Assembly: GCF_009914755.1 (NCBI RefSeq)
Contig: NC_060933.1
Direction: 5' to 3' (one strand)
Source: the human T2T-CHM13v2.0 reference genome, Homo sapiens
Length of the DNA stretch: 64,000 nt
Numbering within the stretch: position 1 is the first letter of the stretch; every line of letters starts with the position of its first letter. The translations under genes and the position numbers were made by a program. Positions 26,442 through 38,030 of the stretch are shown here, piece by piece. The notes beneath the pieces are model-generated. The model was given only the letters and a program-made list of their open reading frames with translations, made no database searches and was not told the origin of the DNA.

Positions 26442-28236
26442 CTGTGTGGTGTTTCTGTACGACCGTGTGAGGTCGTGCATTCCTGGCTCGGGTGCTGCAT
26501 GTGTAGGTCAGATCCGGCTAGGCTGGTCCCTGTGGGGGCCCTAGAGGAAGTCAGAGTGCTGTTATTAAGAAATGACCATGCTCACGTCAGTGGGGCACCA
26601 CTGTATACTCTAGAGGCATATTGGCTTCCTGAGAGGGAGGTGCTGTGATTCCCCCCTCAGTAAAGTTTCCCAGTTTACTAAGGAGGAAACTGAGGTACAG
26701 GAAAATACAAGATGTTGTCCTGTACACCCAGGCAGCCAGGGGCTGAGTGGGGACCTGCATAGCCTAAGGGGTTGTGGTGCAGCTTGAGGAGGGTGGACTG
26801 CAGGCTCCGGTGGTTCTGGGCCTCAGGATCGCCCAGCTCCCTCCTCCCTTTGGGTGCCTGAGGCACCTGAGCTGGAACTGCCCCACCTCTGAGTTAGGTT
26901 GAGTGGTTGATGCTAACAGGACTTGCTGTCAGCCTTGAGGGAGCTGAGCGGCTGCAGTTTCCCCAGGCAGGCGGGGCTTGCTGGCAGGAGGAGGCTGATG
27001 GGGACCCACCTGTTGCCCATCCAGCTGCTTTGGGTGGGGCCCCTCCTCAGGCCTCACAGGGAGCCCTGCTTACCCTGGTAGGGCGTAGGGGCAGGGCTAT
27101 GTTGTTCCTCCTACCTGCCAGCCCTGGACCAGCCTTGTTGAGTTGGGGTAGTGTGCCCGGGCATTGGGTTTCATGGGGATGGCCACTGTGGAGGGGATGC
27201 TTCCTAGGAAGATGACATGATGGACATGGAAGCCTGACAGAGGAGGAGCTGTCCACAGCCTCCATCCTCTGATGTGGCAGTTTTCACTTTGGTATATGCC
27301 CTTCTTAGCTTGTTTTTTATACTCTTGGGCATTTTTGCTAAGTCATGATCATAGCGTCTGCGCTGATATGTGCAGTGACAGTGAATAGCCCAGACTGCCT
27401 CTGGGCCCCCACTCCCTGCCCAGCTCTGGCCCTGCTGCCCCCTTTTCCAGCCCTGCCCTCTTGCCCCATTGTCCTTCTACCCCTGGCCTTGCTGCCCAAG
27501 ACCTGCAGTTGAGCTGGGCAGCTTTGGTGCAGTCTCGAGCTCGGGGCCTCCTCGGGTGTGAGTCAGGCCTGGGTCAGACCCACTTGTCATCCTCTCGCTG
27601 GCTCGGTTCGGGGTGGGTGGAGGCCTGCTCAGTCCCAGCCTGGCCCCCTCCAGCTGGACCCAGGTTCCCACACACCCTGCATGTCTCCATGCTGTCCCCT
27701 GTGACTGGAGGTCCTTGTGTGGGCCTGAGACGTGTGAGCAAGTCCCCTTGCCCTCTGTGGGGTGCAGCTTCTCAGCCTGGCTGTGCTGGGGTCACACAGG
27801 CCTCCCAGAAGGAAGATGACCGATGCCTGGGGTCTCAGTGGGCCACCTCTCTCCCATTCTGGTGGCACCAGGACTGAGCCGAGATGCTTGCCCCTGATTT
27901 TCTTGTTTTCAGGCTTCCCCCAATGTCAAGGATAGTCCTGGGCTCTGGACCTGGTGACCTCCTACCTTAGCCCTGCCCAGGTTGGTGACTCTAGGCTACC
28001 CTCCTCCACCTGCTGGCGGCTGGGCTTGGCGTCAGGTGGTGGGAGATGCCCTAGGCCTCCTATCTGGCCCTGTCCTGTGTCTTCAAGTTAGGCAACCATC
28101 TTCCTGGGTCAGCCAGCTGCAAGGCTGTTGACATCTGCCCGGACAGGTCTCTTGGAATTTCTTGTCTTTAATTAAGAGGTTCGAGCAGCGTAGTGAATTT
28201 GTGTTTTGGAAGAAGCATTGAAAACACAAAGCTGTG

Positions 28237-28538
28237 GGCCGGGTGCGGTGGCTCAGGCCTGTAATCCCAACACTTTGGGAGGCCGAGGCGGGTGGATCAC
28301 GAGGTCAGGAGATCGAGACCATCCTGGCTAACTCAGTGAAACCCCGTCTCTACTAAAAATACAAAAAAATTAGCTGGGCCTGGTGGCAAGCACCTGTAGT
28401 CCCAGCTACTTGGGCAGCTGAGGCAGGAGAATAGCGTGAACCTGGGAGGCAGAGCTTGCAGTGAGCCAGATAGTGCCACTGCACTCCAGCCTGGGCGACA
28501 GAGCAAGACTCTTTGTCTCAAAAAAAAAAAAAAAAAAA
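28237..28538 (+). mobile_element. Alu SINE (AluY-like)
   Basis: Y-type positions gagatcgagaccatcctggctaac and gcgtgaacc..gagcttgcagtgagcc; 17-bp TSD GAAAACACAAAGCTGTG (28220-28236, 28539-28555). Confidence 0.93.
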
Positions 28539-30948
28539 GAAAACACAAAGCTGTGGAGAAGAGCTAGGATGGGGGGGCAGCGGTTGGGCAGGTCCTGTGT
28601 GTGTCCAGGGCAGCCCCAGCCTGGTGCTCCATCCCCTCAAGGAGGGCAAGTGGCAGGCCATGCTGAGCAGGCGTTGCGTGGGGATGCTGCCTGGCTTAGT
28701 CTCAGCCTCCCCTGCCCTAGTCCCCACCTGGGAGTGCACACCATGGGGGGTTGCAGGAGTTAAGGTGCTGAGGGGTGGGGAAGGTCCATTGAGTGGAATT
28801 ATTGGCCCTGACACCCCTGGGGACATGGATGGCTTATCGGGGGGCCTCCTCGAGGCCTGGCCTTGCTCTGGCCCCTTGAGCCAGAGGTCCAGGGCAGGTT
28901 TGTCTGATGGGCTATCCAGACTTTGTCTGTCACTGCAGCAGGTCCTGGGTCAGCTGGATATGGCTGGGTGATCTTTACAGGAGGGAGACCCGAGGCTGTC
29001 TGTGTCTGCCCAGAGGAGGGCACGTTCTGCATGTTCCCTCAAGAGCCAGCGGTGGTGGGAGAACCACAGTGTTGGGGAGCCCAGTTGCTGGCTGGACAAT
29101 GATGGCCTGTTGTCCCCTTCAGCCTCTCGGCAATTCGACGCCTACCCTGGGCTGCCATTGCCCAGTTCCTCAGCCTGTCAGTCGCTCTGGTGCCCTTGGC
29201 TTGGTGTGGTTGGACGCAGTGAACTTGGCACCCTCGTTTGCGGCTGAGCTTGGGGAAAACTGAGCCCAGAGGATGCCGGAGCATGGCCCTGCTGCTCTTG
29301 GTACCTGTTGGGCCTCTGGATTGGGTGACTTAGAGGTGAGACGGCCACATGGGCTCAGGGTGTGGTGGTTGCAGGTGGGTTCTGTACAGACGGCCACCTG
29401 CGCCATTTGTAAAAAGAGGGTTTAAAAGGGAGGCATGAAAGTGAATAAACTTGGCTAGACGCATTTATGAGAAGGATGAAATAGGGTTAGCTGGGGGAAA
29501 AGGGCAAAAACCTTTAAAACCGCTAGAAACAAATGAAACAGAAGAAGATGAAAAAATATATGGAAATAGATCTTAAGATAGAAAGGGACCGATGATATTT
29601 TTTAAAGGTAAAGGAAAATAAAATGCTAACAGCAAGGGGCCTTTCTTTTACTGGGATGGATTTTTAGGGACAGTTAGTATGTGTGCAGCCCCTCCCCAGT
29701 GAGGACCTAGGCGTCCCCTCCCAGCAGAGGGTCCTGGTACCACCGATCCTTTCCATCCTGTGGCTGTTCTCTGCCTGCTTTAGGGTCCTGCTTGGGATGA
29801 GTCTGTGTGGCCCTGGCTCTTAACAGCCCCTCTGTGTGGCCGAGTGCGTTTCACTGTCTGCTTATCTGTCGCCATCTGTGGACACTGGGGCTGTCTGGGC
29901 TGAGACTGTTCCGAGCAAGGCTGCCCAGCATTCACACTGGGCTGGAGGAGCAGGGGGAGTGGGGATGGGTCCAGGTGGGCTGCTGACCCCAGCCTTCACA
30001 GCTTGAGGCCCCTGCGTGCCTTCCTGGTTGGGGTGCTCACGCTGCATGCTCTCGGCAGCCCGGGAGGTGGAACGTGGAGAACACATGCCTGGCCATGAGG
30101 CTCATTCTTCCTGCTGTAGAGCTTGTGGGAGCAGGGCTGGGGTGTCAGCCTGGCCTGGCCTATTGCTAGCCCTGGGCACTGTGTGCAGAAAACTAGTACC
30201 TAAGCCCGAGGTTGGATGTGTCTGAGGGCTATGGACAGGTCCTGCCCTGCAGGAGGCCCTCCCTTCCCTTCCCTGCCCAGGGCTACATGCTGGACCATGT
30301 GCTTCCCAAGTGCCCAGGACCCGTGTCTCCCCCGTGTCCTGAGAAAGAGCCCTTTTGGCTCATATCTGGCCTGTCTGAAATGGCCTGTCAGCCTCTGTAA
30401 ATATTTGATGAAGGCAATGATAAAAAGACAAAGGCATGCTCTGTTCCCCGAGGGGAGCGAGATGGTGACATTGGAACGTTCCAGCCCTGCCGGCCGCTTC
30501 CTGAACTGTTTATGGATGGGTTTCAGGCAGGCCCTTTGTGCCCGCGCTCCCACTCACTGCAGGCCAGAGTGGAGCTCCTTGGGGCCTGGCAAGGCTAAGC
30601 AGAGGCAGCTGCCAACTTTCCACCTGGAAACCAGGCTGGGCCGGTGAGGGTTGCTGGCTGTGCTGGAGGTCACAGGGGGGTCTCACACTCTGATGCTACC
30701 TGGGACATACGTAGTTCCTGGCCTCCAGGTAGGCTTGGGGAAGTGAGGGGTGACTGAGGTTTGGTGTGGGACCCTGACCATACAAGATGGCTCTGTGTCC
30801 AGACACCACTGGGCCCTAGTGGGGTGGCCGCTCAGCACAGTGCAGGCCACTCCTACCCATGCCCCACTCCATGGCTGACCCCAAGCTCCCAGCCCTGCTG
30901 CGTGTGGGAACCTGGTATGCTTCTCAGGGCCTCTGCTGGGCTCCGTGT

Positions 30949-30952
<4 letters not shown>

Positions 30953-30998
<46 letters not shown>
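30953..30998. repeat. (GT)23 microsatellite
   Basis: Uninterrupted GT dinucleotide run. Confidence 0.97.
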
Positions 30999-31002
<4 letters not shown>

Positions 31003-32179
31003 CTCGTCTTTGGCTCGTTTGCCAGGGAATGGCCTGCCCCTCCGGCGCTTCCGTGGGAATGAGGAGCCCTTTGAGTTGACCTCACCGAGGGGCCACCTGT
31101 CCCGTGGGCGGTCAGCCCGGCCCTACCAGGGGAGAGGACACTTTCTGCTTGGGAGGGGCGGGAACTGCTGGGAGCCACAGCTCTCAGGGAGGGGTGGGTA
31201 TTTGCACGGCTGATGGCCTTTCCACAAAAGGGTTCCGCTGTGTTTTCTCTTTGGGGGAGGGAAAATTACATGGGGTGGGGCTGGGGCAGGTGGCATGGTG
31301 GGGGCCGAATCAGGAGGGTTGGAAAGGCCTTAGTCTCCAGCGTGATACTGGACACCACTGCAGCCGGGGCTAAATGCTCCTCCCTCACTGAAGCCTCCCT
31401 GAAGCCCCTGAGGAGCTTTTCCCTGGGGCAGGGACACTGAGGCACACATAGGTTGTGCTTGCTGGACACTTCTGGCTGGAAGGCCGGCTTGGAAGGGCTA
31501 GGCTGCCTTTGTGGGGGTGGGGGTTCTTGCTAGGGTAGACCTCACCCTTTTTCCTGCAAGGACCACATCTAAGGCCATTTGCGAGGCACCCAGGCTGGTT
31601 TCCACGTGGCAACCATTGGAGGAGAGGGGCCCTCTGAGGTCTGTGTCCAAGTGGGTGGCAGTGGAGGATGGGGGGCATGGGATGCTCAGAGCCCCACAGG
31701 CCTTGTGGGGTGGGGCAGTGATGCCTCTGCTGGAGGGGTGGGGCCCAGAGCTTTTCGGGGGGCGCTGGGAAGGTCCTTCCTGGGGGCTGCAAGTATGACC
31801 CCAGTAGGGGAACCCCAAGTACCCTTTGCTGAACTCAGCTGAGGACCTTGAGCTGCAATGAGGCCCCCTGGGGCCTGGTGGGCCAGGGGTTTGGCCCAGG
31901 GAAAGGTATGGCAGTCAGGACCATGGCTGGAGTGGACAGTGGTCTGAGTTGGGGGCATTGGTGGCGGGTGGTAGCAGAGGATGCAGAGGAGCAGCCACCC
32001 AGGCTGGGGAGGCGCCTGCTGAGTGAGGAGGTTTCAGATTTTCATTGAAAGAAAGAAAAAGCGAATGAGAACAGGCAGCTCTGGGGAGCCGGGAGACCCT
32101 GGCCACAGAGCAGGTTGGGAGGGAGCCTGTGGGAGTGGCTGCGGGGTCCAGGCCGGGGGCACAGGGGCTGGTCGTTGAA

Positions 32180-32500
32180 GGCCTAGTTCCCTGCAGTCTG
32201 TGGACGTGCCACTGCACTCGGCAGAGGTGACTTTGCAGATGGGATTAAGTTAAGTATCTTGAGACTGGGAGATTGTCCTGGGCTGTCAGAGTTGGCCAGA
32301 TGTCATCTTCAGGCTGTCCTAAGTGGGAGGCAGGAGCTTCTGAGACAGAGAAGGGGATGTGGGTGTGGAAGAGGGAGGAAGGGACCGTGGGACAGGGAAC
32401 GAGGCATCTCGAACTGTGAGAGAATACAGGTGGTGTTGGAAGACCTGTGTGTGGTGATTGAAGCCGGGGGAGGCTGCTGCAGCCTGGTCACTGTCCCCAC
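32180..32500 (+). mobile_element. MLT1-like MaLR LTR remnant
   Basis: gactttgcagatgggattaagttaag..tcttgaga..gggagattgtcctggg and gaactgtgagagaata motifs. Confidence 0.55.
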
Positions 32501-35500
32501 TGGTTACCCACGCAGCCCTGTGGACATGGTGCAGTTGGGGCCAGCCAGGAGCCCTGTGGGAGGGATGTCCCGAGGGCTTCCTAGACAAAGCTCCCTGAGC
32601 AGGGCCTGGAGACATTGTTGGGGCTGCGGGATGGCATCCTTGGGAACGGGTGTCAGGGAAGGCTGGCTGGTGTGTGTGTGTGTGGTGGGGGTGTGGGGGC
32701 TGTATTCTGGTAAGTGCTGGAGAGGAGAGGGCTGACATAAGGCCACACTGAGGAGGTGTTTTAACTGCCTGCTTGGTCAGTGGGTACTAGGGAGCCACTG
32801 AAGGCTCCTGGGGGAGAGTATATGAAAACCGTTCAGAGATATGGGCTTCACAGCTGTCTGTGAGGTGCTGGGAGTGGGAGAAGCAGAGGCAAGGACAGCC
32901 TGGGTGCTCAACATTTCTGCTGGGGAGGCAGACGAGGGCGGGCAGAAGAACTGATGGCCTCTGTCAGCCGCATGGAATGGAGAAAGTATATTAGGTTACG
33001 GCTTCCAAGAGTCAGGGAGGCCCAAGCACCTGCAGGTAGAACTGCCCAGGTTTGGAATGGGGGCCAGAAAGGCGGGGCCAGCCCTCGGGGCTGTGGGCCC
33101 CAGGAGGACTCAGGGTTCTAAATGTGCTGGGAAGCCCCACTTTCCCCCAGCAAACTGTTGTCGGGTACCCAAGGTGCCTGGCATGGGGGATGCTGCAGGA
33201 ACAAGCTGCTGGCTCCCACTGAGGGGCAGGGGTGGGGAAGGGTGCTGACTCTGAGCCATCACGGGCTAGGTGTGTGACAGGATGGGACAGAGTGGGTGTT
33301 TGCAGGCTCTGTGACACGGGCTGACATTCACTGTCCTGCCTGGCCCTGATGTGAATGTCATAGCAGATTGTCAGCACTGTTTGGGGCTCAGGGAGGCTCA
33401 GAAAGTGAGGGATGCCCGAGGACACCAGGGAGGAACATGGGTGTCTGGTGGGGGTATGGGGACCCCAAGCTGGGCAGAGCCTTGGGGCTGTGTGTCTGGT
33501 GGCCTTGGACTGACCCTGTCCTGCCTGGCCCTGGGTGAGGACAGAGGAGGCCAGAGGCCAGCAGGGCTGAAGAGCTCATCATGCTGGAAGCCACAGGCCA
33601 AGAAGTGAACTGAGCTTGCAGGGGACAGCTTCAGGTCAGGGGAGGCCAGTGGATATTGGAGTTAGGCACTCTATAATATGTTGAACATATTGGGCTCAGA
33701 TCAGAGCTGTGTTAACGTCTGTGGGAGGTCCTGCTTTCCTCCATCCATTCTGGTACAGATTTTCCAGTTGAGCATACTACCTCCTCCTCACCCCTTCATT
33801 TGTAGACCAATGTTACCGGTGACTGGGGAGGCTTGAGGAGCACTGGGCTGGGACTGTGCACTTTGGTAGCACCTTACCCACTTCCTGAGTTCAGGGCATC
33901 TGTCAGCACAGATGTGTCAGTGAGCAGACGGCCACTGTGTGGGAAGGCCAGCACCAGCCTTCATGGGGAGTGGGCAGCCTATGTGCAGGTGGGAGCCCCT
34001 GGACCCCCCAGGTCTGGAGAGGCCATTGGCCCCAGTGGGTGGAGGCTGGCACTCAGGCTTAGCCCTATCCTGGGCCCCCTTGTTCCTGGGGGCCCACCCT
34101 GCTGGCCAGCCTCTGTCATCTCCCCCATCCTGCTGGTCAGCCCCTGTCCGTCCCTGCACCCTGTGCCTGGCCCCCACTCTGTCCTTCGGCCCGCCCCGCG
34201 GCCGGCTGTCTGGAGCCTGGTCTCCATAGCAACAGTTGCTGCTGTGGAAGCTGGCGCCCGCTCAGCCTCATCCCGTGGGGAGGTATTTTTGGCACTGCTG
34301 AGGGATTTTATTTTATCTTTGGTGTTGACTTTTACTCTTTGAGTGACACAGACGAAGCTGGGGGCAGCCTTTGAGAAGCTTCTCTCTGGGGGACGTGGTG
34401 TTAAAGGCCTTTCTTCGTGGCCCCTTGAGTGCAGGGTCCTCCGAATGTCTTGCTGCTGGGGACACTGGCTCTGTGTGACGCCAGTGCCTTCTGGCAGCCT
34501 CTGGGCCAGTGGGTCTCAGGCTCCAGACGTACTGGGGGCTTTGGATGGCAAGAGGAAAATCAGGGGTGGGTTTGAGCCTCAGGTAAAGCCACCAGTTTGG
34601 TGGGGACACCCCTGGAGGCAATTGTTGTTGAGTGCTGGCTGTAGCCTAGACCCCGTGCGGAGCCTCGGGGCACAATTTTATGGGATCCTCCTGCCCACGG
34701 CCCATTTTATAGATGAGGAAACTGATGCTGCAGAGGGTGGTGCCTGAGGGGCATGCGGGGTACAGGGCATCACTGATGTCTCCTGTCCTCCCTGCCAAGG
34801 CCCATGTGGACAGTGTGATCTGTCTGGAGTGCGTGTCTTTTTCCTAACATGTAGGGCTCCATTTCTTTGGGGCTTGGGGCTGCCCCTTTTGAGCCCTCTG
34901 GTGCTGGTGGACAGGCTGAGGTGGGTACAGGGAGTTGCCAAGGGTCGCCTGCAGTGACCTGGGCACGTGGACCTAGGGTGCTGGGGGAAACCCCCACCCC
35001 TTCACCGCCCTGGCCTTGGTGGCTGAGGGCACAGCATTTGGCATGCACTTGCCCTGGCTCCAGTCCCTGCCTGGGGACCCAGGAGACCCTGAGAAGCACG
35101 TGGCTTGCCCCACCTTAGCCCTGGATGCACCGGGGAGTTCTGACTGGGGGTGGGGGTGGATTTCTAGGCAGCCATATTTAGTGTCCTTGGATGGGACAAC
35201 ACCATGGAGGGTGGTGGCTGCGTGACTGGGGGAGGTGGGAGGGCCTGTCCCAGGAGCCAGCACCGGGCAGACGTGTGCTTGGCCCTCCCTTGCAGAATGA
35301 GTGTTGACCATGGGCCCCAGTGCTTCTGCTGCCATCAGGGCCCCGAGTTTGGGGGATGGACAGGAGGAGGCTGTGCCCTCTTGGGGAGGGCAGCCAGAAT
35401 CCAGGCCTAGAGTGACACCTGCTTCCCCGAGGCAGCTCTTGCCTCGTGTTTGTAGGTTTTTCTGGGGATACACTGTGGCAGCGGCTGGATGTGCAGCAGC

Positions 35501-37052
35501 TGGGGTTACTGAGGGCTGGACATGGAGAGGGGAGGCAGTGTGTTTTGTTCTGGCTCTGCCACCCCCTGGGAATGTAGAGGACTCCCTGGCCCTGTCTCTT
35601 TATCTGCTGAGTGAGGAGGACAGCTCCCAGCTTGGAGGGGTGCCTTGGGGCTGTTTGTGATGCCCACTCCTGCCAGGCTTCCTTGGAGAGCAGAGAGGCT
35701 GCCCCCAGAGGGTAATATCCTGGGGCATCCAGATGAGAGGCCAGGCCAGCTGTGCAGGAGGCTGAGGCCAGAACCCTCAGGCATTATTGTTAACCCGTTA
35801 TCATGGGAACTTGCAAGCAGACCAGAAAGTAGAGGATGCCTGACAAACCTTAAGTCCCAACCCCAGTTAGTTATCAGGATCTCCCATATATCCTTTACCT
35901 TGTTCTAAAATACTCAGGCTCGGATAGCACTCCTAAGTTGCAGAGCCGTGGGTTTGACCTGCCCCAGATCTCTGGTGGGGGGGCCTTGTCCACCATTCCC
36001 CTACAGGCAGCAGACCTTCAGCTCCCCACCAGCTCCTGAGGAGGGTGAGCATCTGTCATTCATGATCTCCCGGTCAGCATGCAGTAGGTGTCCAGTGCAC
36101 GCCCAGGGTGATCAGGCCAGCCCCTCCTTTTTTGGACCCTTCAGGAGGAGCCCAACAGGCTGGTTGGTTTGCGAGCTTTACAGAATTGGTAATTCTGTCT
36201 CCAGTGAGTGTATTTGGTGCAAACCCCAGAGCCATTTATAGAACAGATGCCAGAGGGAGCACTTGAGGAAATTAAACTCCATGGTAACCTCACTGTGGAA
36301 ATGAAAATAGCCTCACTGTCAGTGCTCTGCTGCTGGCCTAAGTCACGGGCCAGGATTGCAGTGCCTGCAACAGGGAGGCTCGCTTGCTGCCGGCACCCAC
36401 GCCCTCTCCAGGCGCTGTTTTTAGTTTTGCGAAGTTCAGTAGATTGCAAAGAATTTGGGAAATACAGGAAAGGAAAAAAAAGAATTCCTGTGGGTTCGGA
36501 GAGAACACAGCCACCGTTCTCGTTCACAGTTCCGTTCTCGTGCCTGTGGACTTTAGGGGGACAGCTTCGTGTCCCACCCCTTCCACGTGGCACCTTGATG
36601 CCTGCTCCCTTCCTCCTTGTCCAGGGGCTTTGTGACTGCCCTGAGGACCTTCATCTCCTCCCCAGGCCCTGCCTCCGGTGCCTGGCTTTTCTTGCTATTA
36701 TAAATAATGCTGCAGTGACGATTCCCAGACAGAACACACAAACATCTCAGTTTTGGTTGGTTTCACTGTGGCGGAGCCTGGAGCAGGGGACGTCCCCAGG
36801 TCCAAATTACTGGCTTTGGAGATGGGTGTCCCTTGTTACACCACCGTGCTGGAACTGGACGTTTCCACTGAAAGTGGAGTTTTTGTGTTCATGTTATCTG
36901 CCGCCCTCTCACTTTATATTCTTCTGAGAAATATTTTGAAAACAATAGAGGTAACACGTTTTTGTAGAGAAAGGAGAACCACCCACACCCTTGTCGCCAA
37001 GGCTGAAAGGGAGGCCTCATTTTTGTGTGTCCTGCCATTTGGCTGGTTTCTC

Positions 37053-38030
37053 TGTGTGCACGTTTTCTGTGTGCATGTGTCACCATGTTTGCATGTTCTC
37101 CATGTGCATGTGTTCTCTGTGTGCATGTGTGTTCTCCACGTGTACATGTTATGTGTATTCTGTGTGTGTGCATGTGCTGTGTGCACGTGTTTTGCACACG
37201 TGTGTATTTGGTGTGTTCTTCATGTATTCGTGTCCTGTGTGTTCTGCACATGTACGTGTTCTCCATGTGCACATGTTCTGTGTGTGCATGTATTCTGTGT
37301 GTTCTTCATGTGTGCATGTGTTCTGTGTGTCTGCGTGTTCTGTGTATGCTCTTCGTGCGTGTTCTGTGTGTGTTCATGTGTGTTTTGTGTGTGTTCATGT
37401 GTGCATGTTCTTGCATGTGTTCTCTGTGTTCATGTGTGTTCTGTGTATTCTTTGTGTGTGTTCGTGTGTCAGTGTGTTCTGTGTGTTATTCATGTGTCCA
37501 TGTGTTCTGTGTATGTTCATGTGTGTGTGTTCTGTGTGTTTTTTTTTGTGTGTGTTCTGTGTGTTCTTTGTGTGTTCTGTGTTTTTGTGTGTGTTCTTCG
37601 TGTGTGTGTTCTGTATGTTTTTTGTATGTGCGTGTTCTGTGTTCATGTGTTCTGTGTGTTCTTTGTGTGTGTTCTGTGTGCTCTTCCTGTGTGTGTTCTG
37701 TGTGTTCTTCGTGTGTGTGTTCTTCGTGTGTGTGTTATTCATGTGTGTGTTCTGTGTGTTCTTTGTATGTGTTCTGTGTTTTGTGTGTGTGTTCTGTGTG
37801 TTCTTTGTGTGTGTGTTCTGTGTGTTCTTCGTGTGTGTGTTCTGTGTGTTGTCTGCATGTGCGCATGTCCTCCGTGTGTGTGTTCTGCGGCTGTGTGTGC
37901 TCTGCATGTGTGTTCTGTGTATGTGCATGTTCTTCGTGTGTGTTCTGTGAATGCATGTGTCTTCCGTGTGTACAGGTTCTGTGAGTATGCATGTTCTACA
38001 AGTTGTGTGTGTTCTTTGTGCATTCACATT
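37053..38030. repeat. Degenerate TG-rich simple repeat ((TG)2-4TTC-type units)
   Basis: About 1 kb of TGTGTGTTC / TGTGCATG variants. Confidence 0.95.
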
